Shown: positions 10,690 to 20,963 of the stretch, one piece after another | Layout: every line of letters starts with the position of its first letter | How positions within the stretch are numbered: position 1 is the stretch's first letter | Assembly: GCA_035495775.1 (NCBI GenBank) | Contig: DATJFG010000187.1 | Location: 9,786-73,785, forward strand | Reading direction: 5' to 3' | Source of the DNA: Verrucomicrobiia bacterium | Lineage (GTDB): Bacteria > Desulfobacterota > Binatia > UBA9968 | DNA length: 64,000 bases | Notes under the pieces: generated by a model | What the model was told of the DNA's origin: nothing | Seen by the model: the letters and a program-made list of their open reading frames with translations, nothing else | The model's database searches: none | Translations under genes and position numbers: made by a program

Positions 10690-11178
10690 ATGACTGCGAA
10701 TAAACAGGACTGGCGTAACCACGGCGTCCACATCGTTCACTCGAACCAGTTCGATTCCAACACGCCGCAGACGCCCGGCATGACCCGCGCGGCGGCGATC
10801 AACCACGCCATCGCCGGCGCGAACAAGCTCTGGGCGGGCAGCGTCGAGATCCATCCCAACGCCAAGACCGCGCCGCATCACCACGGCGAACTGGAAAGCA
10901 TCATCTACGTGATCAGCGGCAAAGCGCGGATGCGCTGGGGCGAGAAGCTGGAATACGCCGCCGACGCCGGTCCCGGCGATTTTATCTTCGTTCCGCCCTA
11001 CGTGCCGCACCAGGAGATCAATGCCTTGGAAAACGAGCCGCTTCTGTGCGTCGTCGTGCGCAGCGATCAGGAGCCGGTGGTCGTCAATTTGCAGATCGAC
11101 TCGGTGGAGAAGCCCGAAGAAGTCACGTGGGTCGATCCGGGTCATCCGAAGAGTAGCTCCACACACTCGCCGCAGTAA
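10690..11178 (+). CDS. Cupin domain protein
   Basis: HHHGELE and VPPYVPHQE cupin metal motifs; ATG at 10690 follows a GAGAGG RBS. Confidence 0.85.
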   Translation: MTANKQDWRNHGVHIVHSNQFDSNTPQTPGMTRAAAINHAIAGANKLWAGSVEIHPNAKTAPHHHGELESIIYVISGKARMRWGEKLEYAADAGPGDFIFVPPYVPHQEINALENEPLLCVVVRSDQEPVVVNLQIDSVEKPEEVTWVDPGHPKSSSTHSPQ

Positions 11179-11184
11179 ACTTCC

Positions 11185-11213
11185 TTGACAATCTCCTCCA
11201 TCCCTCTTATCCT
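11185..11213 (+). promoter_or_regulatory. Putative sigma70 promoter of the merR-mutS operon
   Basis: TTGACA (11185-11190), 17 bp spacer, TATCCT (11208-11213). Confidence 0.65.
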
Positions 11214-11251
11214 GCGCTGAAAACATTCGTGTTTTCATTTGCGGAGGTGGG

Positions 11252-11719
11252 ATGGATACGTTCGACAGCAAAACGGTGAGCCGAATCGTCGGGGTGAGTC
11301 TCCGGCAGATTCAGTATTGGGACGAGCGCGGTTTTATTCGTCCGTCGGTCAAAACGGCGGGCGGCCGCGGCACCAAGCGGCTCTATTCGTTCTCTGATCT
11401 CGTCCAGCTCAAGGTGGTGAAGGACCTCGGCGATCACGGCTTGAGCTTGGGCAAGATTCGCCGCTGCCTCCGTCATCTCAAAGTGTCTTTTCCCGGACAC
11501 AAACAAGCCCTTCAGTCGCTGCGTTATCTGACCGACGGAGAGAAGCTTTTCGTCCTAACGAGCGACCGCCAGAAGATTCTCGAAGCGATGGACCGGCAGT
11601 TCGTCTTCTCACTCGGCATCGGGAACCTCGTCCATGAGCTCGACGGCGAGGTGCGCCGTCTCGCCGGGCGCGATATTCCGCCGGCAAGGCGAACCGAAGG
11701 GAAGAAAAGCGCGGCGTAA
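11252..11719 (+). CDS. MerR-family HTH transcriptional regulator
   Basis: VSRIVGVSLRQIQYWDERGFIRP...RLYSFSDL MerR HTH. Confidence 0.88.
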   Translation: MDTFDSKTVSRIVGVSLRQIQYWDERGFIRPSVKTAGGRGTKRLYSFSDLVQLKVVKDLGDHGLSLGKIRRCLRHLKVSFPGHKQALQSLRYLTDGEKLFVLTSDRQKILEAMDRQFVFSLGIGNLVHELDGEVRRLAGRDIPPARRTEGKKSAA

Positions 11720-11722
11720 AAA

Positions 11723-14320
11723 ATGGAACCCGCAAAGCTCACCCCGATGATCCGGCAGTACCTCGAGATCAAGGAGAGGTATCGCGACGCGATCCTCTTT
11801 TTCCGTCTCGGCGATTTCTACGAGATGTTTTTCGACGATGCGGAAAAGGCGTCGAAGATCCTCGACATCGCGCTTACATCGCGGAGCCGCAGCGAGGAGG
11901 GGGCGGTGCCGCTCTGCGGCGTGCCTTATCATTCGATGACCCCCTATGTGGGCAAGCTCCTCGATGCCGGCTACAAGGTCGCGATCTGCGAGCAGGTGGA
12001 AGATCCGAAAGAGGCCAAGGGGATAGTCCAGCGCGAGGTGGTGCGCGTCGTTACGCCCGGGACGGTCACCGACAGCGATGCGCTCGAGGCGCGCGACAAC
12101 AGCTTTCTCGCCGCGGTGGCGCGCGGCAAGAACGGCTTTGGCCTCGCGCTGACCGACGTGACGACCGGAGAGTTCCGCTTCACCATCGCCGCCGATTACG
12201 CGGCTCTGAAGGATGAGCTCGGCCGGGTCCAGCCGCGCGAGCTGATTCATGACAATAGCGAAGAGGCTCTCGCCGCGGATTTCGCCAGAGACTTTCCCGG
12301 TGTGCATCTCAGTCCCGCCGGCGCGCCGTGCTTTGCCGCCTCGGCGATGGAGCGCTTGAAGGCGCTCGATCTCTGGTCGGCGCCGCGCGATCCGGAGTGG
12401 GAGCAGGGGATTCGCGCGGCGGCCGCGATCGTCGCTTATCTGGACGATAATTCACCCAAGGTCGTAAAGGCGCTCCGAGACCTGCGCTCCTATTCCAGCT
12501 CGCAGTATCTCATGCTCGACGAGACGACGCGGCGGAACCTCGAGCTTACGGCGGATTTCCAGGGCAATAAGAAGAACTCTCTTTTCGGCGTCATCGACCG
12601 GACCGATACGGCCATGGGCGCTCGGCGGCTGCGCCAATGGCTTCTTTACCCGCTGCTGGACGAGCGGGCGATTCGCGCGCGGCAGGAGGGCGTCGAAGAG
12701 CTGGTGGAAAACTATCGCGGCCGCCAGGAGCTCAAAGAGCTGCTTCGCCGCGTTCAAGATCTGGAGCGCCTCGGCGGCAGGGTCGTCGCCGGCAGCGCGC
12801 AGCCGCGTGATCTGGTCGCGGTGAAAGAGACGCTTCGCGCCGTCCAGCCGATCAAGACGGCGCTCGGGGAGCGTACGGCGGGCATTTTCGCTTCGATAGC
12901 CGAGTCGATGACCGATCTCCCGCACGTCGTCGGACTCATCGAGCAGGCGATCGTCGACGATCCGCCCGCTGCGGTTAAAGACGGCGAGACGATCCGGCCG
13001 GGATTCAACGTGGAATTGGACGAGCTGCGCTCGATCCGTAAGGACGCGAAGCAATGGGTCGCGCGCTTCGAGGCCGCGGAGAAAAAGCGCACCGGCGTTC
13101 AGTCGCTCAAGGTCCGCTATAACCGCGTGTTCGGATATTACATCGAGGTGACGCGCGCCAATCTGGCGGCGGTGCCGCCGGACTATATTCGCAAGCAGAC
13201 GCTCGCGAACGGCGAGCGCTATATCACCTCCGAGCTCAAGGAATACGAGGCGAAGATTCTCAACTCGGAAGAGGAGATTCAAAAACTCGAGCTGTCGCTG
13301 TTCGCGCAGGTCCGCGAGAGAATCGCCGCCGAGTATCTCCCGATGAAGCGGACCGCCGATACGCTCGCCGATCTCGACGCGCTCCTCTCCCTCGCCGAGG
13401 CCGCTCATTCGGAGCATTTCGTCCGCCCCAAGCTCGACGGCGGGCGGGAGATTTTTATCCGTGAGGGGCGCCATTCCGTCGTCGAGGCGGTGATCGGACG
13501 CGCCGCGTTCGTTCCGAACGACTGCCGGCTCGATCCCGATTCGCGGCAGATCGTCGTCCTCACGGGGCCGAACATGGCGGGGAAGTCGACGTATATGCGC
13601 CAGGTGGCGCTCATCGTCGTGCTCGCGCAGATGGGCGGTTTTGTTCCCGCGGCGGAGGCGCGCATCGGGCTGGTCGACCGAATCTTCACGCGCATCGGCG
13701 CGGCGGATTATCTCGCGCGCGGCGAGTCGACCTTCATGGTCGAGATGCGCGAGACGGCGCACATTCTCCGCCACGCGACGGCGAGGAGCTTGATTTTGCT
13801 CGATGAGGTCGGCCGCGGCACCAGCACCTTCGACGGCATCTCGATCGCATGGTCGGTTGCCGAGTCGCTGCACGATTCGCCGCACCGGCCGCGGACGCTC
13901 TTCGCGACGCATTACCACGAGCTCACAGACCTCGCGCTCACCAACGATCGCGTCAAGAACTTCAACTTCGCCGTGAAGGAATGGAAGGGGGAAGTGATCT
14001 TCCTCAGGAGCCTGGTCGAAGGCGCCGCGAGCCGGAGCTACGGCATTCATGTCGCGAAGCTCGCCGGCCTGCCGGCCAGCGTCATCGAGCGCGCCAAGGA
14101 AATACTCAAAAATCTTGAAGGCGGCGAGCTCGACGAGCGCGGCCGGCCGCGTCTCGCGCGCGGCGCGCGCAAGGACGAGGCGGCGCAGATGCCGCTGTTC
14201 GTCGGCGAGGACAAGCTCCGCTCGGATCTTAAAGATATCGAGGTCGCGACGCTGACGCCGATCGACGCTCTAAATCTGCTGAATTCTTTCGTCGAGCGCG
14301 TGAAAAAGGAGAACGACTGA
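11723..14320 (+). CDS. mutS: DNA mismatch repair protein MutS
   Basis: TPMIRQY, GDFYEMFF, TGPNMAGKST, STFMVEM, DEVGRGTST, ATHYHEL. Confidence 0.97.
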   Translation: MEPAKLTPMIRQYLEIKERYRDAILFFRLGDFYEMFFDDAEKASKILDIALTSRSRSEEGAVPLCGVPYHSMTPYVGKLLDAGYKVAICEQVEDPKEAKGIVQREVVRVVTPGTVTDSDALEARDNSFLAAVARGKNGFGLALTDVTTGEFRFTIAADYAALKDELGRVQPRELIHDNSEEALAADFARDFPGVHLSPAGAPCFAASAMERLKALDLWSAPRDPEWEQGIRAAAAIVAYLDDNSPKVVKALRDLRSYSSSQYLMLDETTRRNLELTADFQGNKKNSLFGVIDRTDTAMGARRLRQWLLYPLLDERAIRARQEGVEELVENYRGRQELKELLRRVQDLERLGGRVVAGSAQPRDLVAVKETLRAVQPIKTALGERTAGIFASIAESMTDLPHVVGLIEQAIVDDPPAAVKDGETIRPGFNVELDELRSIRKDAKQWVARFEAAEKKRTGVQSLKVRYNRVFGYYIEVTRANLAAVPPDYIRKQTLANGERYITSELKEYEAKILNSEEEIQKLELSLFAQVRERIAAEYLPMKRTADTLADLDALLSLAEAAHSEHFVRPKLDGGREIFIREGRHSVVEAVIGRAAFVPNDCRLDPDSRQIVVLTGPNMAGKSTYMRQVALIVVLAQMGGFVPAAEARIGLVDRIFTRIGAADYLARGESTFMVEMRETAHILRHATARSLILLDEVGRGTSTFDGISIAWSVAESLHDSPHRPRTLFATHYHELTDLALTNDRVKNFNFAVKEWKGEVIFLRSLVEGAASRSYGIHVAKLAGLPASVIERAKEILKNLEGGELDERGRPRLARGARKDEAAQMPLFVGEDKLRSDLKDIEVATLTPIDALNLLNSFVERVKKEND

Positions 14321-15663
14321 TGCGAGCGAAAGTATTCGTTACGTTCGCGTTCGCATTGGTACTCGCTCTGATCGTCGCGGATTCAGGCTCGGCCGCTGTC
14401 TCCCAGGATCGCGAACTCTACCTCTCCGCCAAAAAAGAGTACGACGCCATCATTAAGAGCAGAGTGACGCCGCAGGCTCGCATCCGCCTCGAGAAAGTCG
14501 GCGCACGCTTCGAGAAGCTGCCGCAGGATTATCCCAAGAGCGCGTATGCCGATGCCGCCTATTATCACGCGGGCGTTATTTACAATGAGGTTTATCGATC
14601 GGCGAAAGACCAGCGTGCGCTCGAGCGGAGCATAACCGATTTCCGTCTGCTTGTGTCGAAGTACCCAAAAAGTGCGTATGCCGCGGAGAGCGGCTATCGT
14701 CTGGCGCTTGCGCTCGAAGAGGGTAAGGGCGAGGCAAACGCAGCGCGCCACCACTACGCGCTCGTCGGCGCCAAATATCCGCAGAGCGACTGGGGCCGCA
14801 AATCCCGGGCGCGGCTGGCCGCCCTGGAAGCCAAGCTCGACGGCGACAAAAAAGAGCAGAGCCGTCCTGTCACCGCTGTGGCCAAACGAGCGGAGAAAGA
14901 GACGCCGCAGGCCATCGTTTTAAGTGAGAAGAGAAACGATCCGCCGCAACCTAAATTAGCGAAGCCGGCGCCGCCCGGCCTCCGCAAGATCGTCATCGAC
15001 CCGGGGCACGGCGGCAGAGATCCGGGCGCCGTTGGCATCGCCGGCCTGGCGGAGAAAGACATCGCGCTCGCCGTCGCCCGCAAGCTTGCGGCGCGGCTGA
15101 AGACGGAGATGGGTATCGAGGCAATTCTGACGCGGGACGACGATCGATTCGTTTCACTCGAAGAGCGGACGGCGATGGCCAATAAACAAGGCGCCGATCT
15201 TTTTATCTCGCTCCATGTGAACGCGAGCCCCAATAGCGAGGCGCGCGGCGTCGAAACGTACTATCTCGATAATACGACCGACGAGGCCGCGCTCCGAATG
15301 GCGGCGCGCGAAAACGGCATCGCGCGGGATAGGATTTCCGATCTGCAATTCATCTTGAGCGACATGGTGCAGAACTTGAAGCTCGAGGACTCCATCACGC
15401 TGGCCCATCGGCTGCAAAGTTCCGTTGTATCGCAGATGGGCCGGCGCTATGGTGAACTGAGGGACCTCGGCGTCAAAAAGGCGCAGTTCTATGTGCTTGT
15501 CGGCGCGCGCATGCCGAGCGTTCTGGTCGAGATGTTTTTTATTACCAACAACGTCGAGGCCCGGGCGCTCGCGGGGGAGGATTACCAACAGACGCTCGCC
15601 GACGCGCTTTTTGAAGGCATTAAAAAATATCAGGACAACGCGCAGGTCGTGAAAAGTCTCTAG
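14320..15663 (+). CDS. N-acetylmuramoyl-L-alanine amidase with N-terminal TPR-like repeats
   Basis: Signal peptide; IDPGHGGRDPGA, ISLHVNA and PSVLVE Amidase_3 motifs. Confidence 0.92.
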   Translation: MRAKVFVTFAFALVLALIVADSGSAAVSQDRELYLSAKKEYDAIIKSRVTPQARIRLEKVGARFEKLPQDYPKSAYADAAYYHAGVIYNEVYRSAKDQRALERSITDFRLLVSKYPKSAYAAESGYRLALALEEGKGEANAARHHYALVGAKYPQSDWGRKSRARLAALEAKLDGDKKEQSRPVTAVAKRAEKETPQAIVLSEKRNDPPQPKLAKPAPPGLRKIVIDPGHGGRDPGAVGIAGLAEKDIALAVARKLAARLKTEMGIEAILTRDDDRFVSLEERTAMANKQGADLFISLHVNASPNSEARGVETYYLDNTTDEAALRMAARENGIARDRISDLQFILSDMVQNLKLEDSITLAHRLQSSVVSQMGRRYGELRDLGVKKAQFYVLVGARMPSVLVEMFFITNNVEARALAGEDYQQTLADALFEGIKKYQDNAQVVKSL

Positions 15664-15669
15664 CCAGCG

Positions 15670-18378
15670 ATGACGACGAATGAGATTTCTGAGTTTCTGC
15701 TCGACGACGCGTGGGAGGATTCCGGTGCGCGCTCCTATGTCGAGCGCGCGAGACGCGTTCTGCTCGAGCGGCATCGCGCCGGCGCGAGCGGCCGCGAGAT
15801 CGTCGCCGCCTACACGACTCTCATCGACCGTCTGATCATCCGCGTTTATCAAGCGGCGAGCGAAGACTATATTCAGCGTTATCCGAGCCTCGACCCGCGC
15901 TGCGTGCTCGCGGCGCAGGGCGGCTACGGCCGCGGCGAATTGAATCCGCAGTCCGACATCGATCTTCTCTTTCTTTACCACTGGAAGGTTTCCCCCTATG
16001 TCGAAGCGGTAACGGAAAAAGTTCTTTATACGCTTTGGGACGCCGGCCTCACCGTCGGACACGCCACGCGCAATGTCGCGGATTCGATGCGCATGGCGAG
16101 CCAGGACATGAAGATTCGCACGTCTTTGCTCGATGCCCGCTATCTTTCCGGCGATCAGGCGCTTTACGGGGAGTTCGACCAGGCGGTCAGGGATTATCTG
16201 ACAAAAAAGAATGACGACCGCTTCATTCGCGAAAAACTCGCCGAAAGCGAGGAGCGACACGAGCGCTACGGCGGATCGGTTTACGTGCTCGAGCCCGACG
16301 TCAAGGAGAGCGAGGGCGGACTGAGAGATATCCATACCGCGCTCTGGATCGCAAAAATGAAGCGCGACATCCTGACCATCGACGACCTCGCCCGCGAAGG
16401 CGTCATCACCGAGACGGATGCGGCGGCGCTCAAATCAGCGCAGGATTTTCTCTGGCGCGTCAGAAACGAGCTCCACTTCCATTCGAAGAAGCATCAGGAT
16501 CAGTTGACTTTCGAAGAGCAGGAAATCGTCGCGCGGGCGCTCGGATTCACCGACGAGGGGCCGGTGAAAGGCGTCGAAACGTTCATGCGCTGGTATTATC
16601 TCGAAGCCGCGGAGATCAGCCGCGTTTCGACTTTGATCATCCACCGTCTCACCGATCCTGGCGAGCCGGCGCAGTGGAGCTGGCGCGGACTCGTCGCGGG
16701 TGCTGCGGGAAAAGAAATTCGGCCCGGCGTGCGCATATCCCGCGGCATGCTGTGGATCATCGACCCGGCCGCCTTCCGCGCCAAGTCGGAGGCGCTCATC
16801 GGCATTTTTTCCGACGCGCAAAAGAACAAAGTCGAGGTCAGCCACGAAACGCGCGAGCTCATTCGGCAGCAGCTCGACCGCATCGACGACTCATTCCGGA
16901 GCGATCCGGCCGTCGCAGCGGTGTTTCTGGATATCCTTCGCTACAAGGAGCGCGTTTACGAGACGCTCATGGAAATGCACCGCACCGGCGTATTGGGGGC
17001 CTACATTCCGGAGTTTGGCCGGCTGCTGTGCATGGCGCTTCACGACCTCTACCACATCTATACCGTCGATCAGCATTCGCTCCGTCTCGTGAGAGAATTG
17101 GAGCGCCTGAAATCCGGAGAGTTTCGCTCTGAGCTCCCGCTGCTCACGCAAATGGCCCGGGACATCGAGAAGATCGACATCCTCTATCTCGGCCTCATGT
17201 TTCACGACATCGGTAAAGGACTCGGCGGGGGACACTCGGAAAAGGGGCGCGACATTACGCGCGTCATCGCCGGTCGTCTCGGTCTCAACTTCGACGACAC
17301 CCAGCAGCTCGAATTTCTCGTCCTCCACCACCTTTTGCTCGCTCATACCGCGTTCCGCCGTGATATCGAGGACGACAAGCTCGTCGTCGATTTCGCAAAG
17401 GCAATGGGTAACGTGAGCAACTTAAAAATGCTCTACCTCCTCACCTACGCCGACATGAAATCGGTCGGGCCGCAGGTCTGGAACCATTGGAAAGCGTCGC
17501 TGCTGGAGCAGCTGTATTTGGGCTCGTTGCACATTCTCGAAGAGATCGAGAAAGGCTTGCCGGGCGAGGATCGTCTTTCGCGGCTGAGGCGCATCCAGTC
17601 TCGTATAGAGAATCGTCTGGCGAGCCAGTACCCGCGTGATCGGGTGCGGGCCTTCATCGACGCGATGCCGGATCGCTACTTTTTAACCACTCCCGAGGAC
17701 GAGGCGCCCGGGCATTTCGATCTCATCGAAAGAATCAAAGGACAGCTCTACGTTTCCTCCGTTCGCCATCTGCCTGAAAAAGAGTTCAGCGAAATTACCG
17801 TCTGCACGACCGACCGCCCGGGGCTCTTCGCCAGCATCGCGGGCGTATTCGCCGCGATGAACCTCGATATCCTGAGCGCGCGGATCATTACGCGTAAGGA
17901 CGGCCTCATCCTCGACGTGTTCCGCATCTCGCACATGAACATGGCCGAAGCGGTGATGAAGCCGGAGAAGTGGACTCGCGTGCAGGCGCTGCTCGAAAAA
18001 GTGCTCGCCGGGGAGATCGATGTCGCCCGGCTCGTCGATCAGTCGGACCGGCCATCGCTATTCAAGCGCCGTGCCCCCCAAGTGCCGACCGCGATCCAAA
18101 TCGACAATGACGTTTCGGATGACTTCACGATCGTCGAGGTCTATACGCAGGACCGCATCGGCGTGCTGTTTACGATCACGCATACGCTGCATCAGCTGGG
18201 TCTCTCCATTCACGTCGCCAAGATCTCGACGAACATCGATCAGGTCGCCGACATCTTTTACGTCGCCGACGAGCACGGAAGAAAAGTTGGCGACGCATCG
18301 CGGCTCGAGGCCATCCGTAGCGAGCTCTATCGCGCCTTGGTAGGTGACAATGAAAGACTCGCTCAGCCCACAAATTGA
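15670..18378 (+). CDS. glnD: [Protein-PII] uridylyltransferase
   Basis: GGYGRGEL..SDIDL nucleotidyltransferase, EPDVKESEGGLRD, HD domain (YTVDQH, FHDIGKG), two C-terminal ACT domains. Confidence 0.96.
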   Translation: MTTNEISEFLLDDAWEDSGARSYVERARRVLLERHRAGASGREIVAAYTTLIDRLIIRVYQAASEDYIQRYPSLDPRCVLAAQGGYGRGELNPQSDIDLLFLYHWKVSPYVEAVTEKVLYTLWDAGLTVGHATRNVADSMRMASQDMKIRTSLLDARYLSGDQALYGEFDQAVRDYLTKKNDDRFIREKLAESEERHERYGGSVYVLEPDVKESEGGLRDIHTALWIAKMKRDILTIDDLAREGVITETDAAALKSAQDFLWRVRNELHFHSKKHQDQLTFEEQEIVARALGFTDEGPVKGVETFMRWYYLEAAEISRVSTLIIHRLTDPGEPAQWSWRGLVAGAAGKEIRPGVRISRGMLWIIDPAAFRAKSEALIGIFSDAQKNKVEVSHETRELIRQQLDRIDDSFRSDPAVAAVFLDILRYKERVYETLMEMHRTGVLGAYIPEFGRLLCMALHDLYHIYTVDQHSLRLVRELERLKSGEFRSELPLLTQMARDIEKIDILYLGLMFHDIGKGLGGGHSEKGRDITRVIAGRLGLNFDDTQQLEFLVLHHLLLAHTAFRRDIEDDKLVVDFAKAMGNVSNLKMLYLLTYADMKSVGPQVWNHWKASLLEQLYLGSLHILEEIEKGLPGEDRLSRLRRIQSRIENRLASQYPRDRVRAFIDAMPDRYFLTTPEDEAPGHFDLIERIKGQLYVSSVRHLPEKEFSEITVCTTDRPGLFASIAGVFAAMNLDILSARIITRKDGLILDVFRISHMNMAEAVMKPEKWTRVQALLEKVLAGEIDVARLVDQSDRPSLFKRRAPQVPTAIQIDNDVSDDFTIVEVYTQDRIGVLFTITHTLHQLGLSIHVAKISTNIDQVADIFYVADEHGRKVGDASRLEAIRSELYRALVGDNERLAQPTN

Positions 18379-19276
18379 TTTTTTCCTCGAGACGCTGGCC
18401 GTCGAGAAGGGTCTGGCCAAAAATACCGTCGAGGCCTACAGCCGCGATCTCAACCGCCTCGCTCGCTTTCTGCAGGCCCGTGGCGTAGCGGAGTGGGGCG
18501 CTGCGCGCGAAATCGACCTGCGGCTCTTTATCGGCGCTCTGCGCAACCGCAAACTCGCGGCGCGCTCGATCGCGCGCGCGGTGGTCGCGATGCGACAGCT
18601 CTATCGTTTTCTGGAAAAAGAGCAGTTGGTGCGCGGGAATCCATTGCCGCAAATGACCGAGCGGACCAGGCCGCGCAAGCTGCCCCACGTTCTGAGCGGC
18701 GATGAAATCGCCAAGCTCCTTGCCCAGCCGGATCCCGCGACCAGCCTCGGTTTGCGCGATCGCGCGATGCTCGAACTGCTCTACGCCTCGGGGCTGCGCG
18801 TATCCGAACTCATTTCCCTGCAAACCCATCACATCAATCTTGACGGCAATTACCTGATCGTGAAGGGCAAGGGCTCGAAAGTGCGGCAGGTTCCGTTCGG
18901 GAGAAAGGCGCACCAAGCGTTGATACGGTATTTGAACGAGGTCAGGCGGACATTGTCCCGCGACCGGCAAACCTCCGATCTATTCGTCACGCGCTCGGGC
19001 AAAGCGATGACCCGGCAGGGGTTTTGGAAAGCCTTGAGACAACACCGGCTTGCGGCGGGAATCGAAAAACGGGTCACGCCCCACACGCTGCGGCATTCCT
19101 TTGCAACGCACCTGTTGGAGAACGGCGCCGACCTTCGCTCGGTGCAGTCGATGCTAGGCCATGCCGATATTTCGACGACGGAAATCTACACGCACGTCGC
19201 CCGCGATCACTTAAAGCGGGCGCATCAGAAGTACCATCCTCGCGAGCGCGCCACCGGTAAAAGTACGCGAAAATAA
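18344..19276 (+). CDS. xerD: Tyrosine recombinase XerD (alternative start at 18350)
   Basis: RDRAMLELLYASGLRVSEL, GKGSK, TRQGFW, TPHTLRHSFATHLL, LGHADISTTEIY, HQKYHPR. Confidence 0.92.
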   Translation: MTMKDSLSPQIDFFLETLAVEKGLAKNTVEAYSRDLNRLARFLQARGVAEWGAAREIDLRLFIGALRNRKLAARSIARAVVAMRQLYRFLEKEQLVRGNPLPQMTERTRPRKLPHVLSGDEIAKLLAQPDPATSLGLRDRAMLELLYASGLRVSELISLQTHHINLDGNYLIVKGKGSKVRQVPFGRKAHQALIRYLNEVRRTLSRDRQTSDLFVTRSGKAMTRQGFWKALRQHRLAAGIEKRVTPHTLRHSFATHLLENGADLRSVQSMLGHADISTTEIYTHVARDHLKRAHQKYHPRERATGKSTRK

Positions 19277-19330
19277 TGAATTTTTCCTTGTGTTTTCCCC
19301 CGCCGTGCCGTATTTTCGGATTATCCCTGC

Positions 19331-19981
19331 ATGGAAGATACGATTCGGGAAATCGCGATATTGGCCGTGCCGGTCTTGTTCGGGGTCATTTTTCATGAAG
19401 TTGCGCACGGCTGGGTGGCGAATAAACTCGGGGATCCGACGGCTGCGCGTATGGGACGGCTGACGCTCAACCCGATCTCTCACATCGATCTTTTCGGAAC
19501 CATCATTCTCCCTGCACTGTTGTATATCAGCGGCGCGCGTTTTCTCTTCGGCTACGCCAAGCCGGTGCCGGTGAATTTCAATAATCTGCGCAATCCCAAG
19601 ACGGATATGATTTGGGTTGCGCTCGCGGGTCCGTTGACCAATATCTTGCTCGCGTTGGCGAGTCTTTACGCCCTAAAATTCGCCAACGGTTCACAGACGG
19701 ACGCTTCGCCGACGATGATGCCGATTTTGCTCATGGCTCAGGTGAGCGTCGAGATCAACGTCATGCTCGCGACGTTTAATCTTTTCCCCATTCCGCCGCT
19801 CGACGGCGGCAGGGTGCTTGTGGGACTCTTACCGAGACGACTGTCCACAACGGTCGCGCGCATAGAACCGTTCGGTTTCCTGATTATTATTTTATTGCTG
19901 ATGACCAATAAAATCGATTTTATCCTTGGACCGATCCGCCGTTTAGTGTTGGGGATGCTCGGCGCGCTCTTGCTCATCTAA
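19331..19981 (+). CDS. Site-2 protease family (M50) membrane metalloprotease
   Basis: HEVAH, NLFPIPPLDGG, several transmembrane segments. Confidence 0.92.
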   Translation: MEDTIREIAILAVPVLFGVIFHEVAHGWVANKLGDPTAARMGRLTLNPISHIDLFGTIILPALLYISGARFLFGYAKPVPVNFNNLRNPKTDMIWVALAGPLTNILLALASLYALKFANGSQTDASPTMMPILLMAQVSVEINVMLATFNLFPIPPLDGGRVLVGLLPRRLSTTVARIEPFGFLIIILLLMTNKIDFILGPIRRLVLGMLGALLLI

Positions 19982-19985
19982 CGCG

Positions 19986-20963
19986 ATGGATACGATCGTC
20001 AGCGGCATGCGGCCGACAGGCCGCCTTCATCTGGGCCATCTCCATGGCGCGCTCAAGAACTGGGTGCGGCTTCAGAAGGACTATCGCTGTTATTTTTTCG
20101 TCGCCGACTGGCATGCGCTGACGACCGACTATGCCGCGCCGCAAGAAGTGCGGCAGAGCGGCATCGAGATGGTCGCCGACTGGCTCGCCGTCGGTCTCGA
20201 TCCGAAGCGTTCGGTCATCTTCCGCCAATCGGCGATCAAGCAGCATGCCGAGCTGCACCTGCTCCTGTCCATGATCACGCCGCTCCCTTGGCTCGAGCGC
20301 AACCCGACGTACAAAGAACAGATGCGCGAGGTCGAGGGCAAGGACCTCTCGACCTATGGTTTCTTGGGCTACCCGGTGCTCCAGGCGGCCGATATTGTCA
20401 TGTACAAAGCGAACAAGGTTCCCGTGGGAGTCGATCAGGCGCCTCATGTCGAGCTCACTCGCGAGATCGTACGGCGCTTCAACCAGTTCTATGGCGCCAT
20501 CTTTCCCGAGCCGGGAGTTTTGCTCACCGAAATTGCAAAAGTGCCCGGCCTCGACGGGCGCAAGATGAGCAAGAGCTATAACAACGCCGTCTTTCTCACC
20601 GATACGCCGAAAGAGATCGATCAGAAGCTCTCCCGCATGATGACCGATCCGGCGCGGGCCACGCGAAAGGACCCGGGGGAGCCGGAAAAATGTCCGACGT
20701 TCAACCTGCACAGGATTTACTGCACGCCCGATGAGATCGACTACGTGACGAAAGGCTGCCGCACCGCGGGAATCGGCTGCCTCGAATGCAAAAAGGTCAT
20801 GATCAAGCACGTCATCGCCGACCTCGCGCCGATCCAGGAGCGGCGCGCTGCGTTCGAGAGCCGTCCGGCTTACGCCGAGGAGGTGCTCGAAGAAGGCAAT
20901 CGCGCGGCGGCGGTTCGCGCGGACGAGACGATGAGTGAAGTCCGGAAAGCGGTGGGCCTATGA
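19986..20963 (+). CDS. trpS: Tryptophan--tRNA ligase
   Basis: SGMRPTG, HLGH, YPVLQAADI, KMSKS. Confidence 0.96.
   Translation: MDTIVSGMRPTGRLHLGHLHGALKNWVRLQKDYRCYFFVADWHALTTDYAAPQEVRQSGIEMVADWLAVGLDPKRSVIFRQSAIKQHAELHLLLSMITPLPWLERNPTYKEQMREVEGKDLSTYGFLGYPVLQAADIVMYKANKVPVGVDQAPHVELTREIVRRFNQFYGAIFPEPGVLLTEIAKVPGLDGRKMSKSYNNAVFLTDTPKEIDQKLSRMMTDPARATRKDPGEPEKCPTFNLHRIYCTPDEIDYVTKGCRTAGIGCLECKKVMIKHVIADLAPIQERRAAFESRPAYAEEVLEEGNRAAAVRADETMSEVRKAVGL

Noticed and set aside
18344-19276. Tyrosine recombinase as a possible prophage or island integrase
   Set aside because: It carries XerD-specific motifs and sits in a housekeeping operon, with no phage genes or att-like repeats seen.
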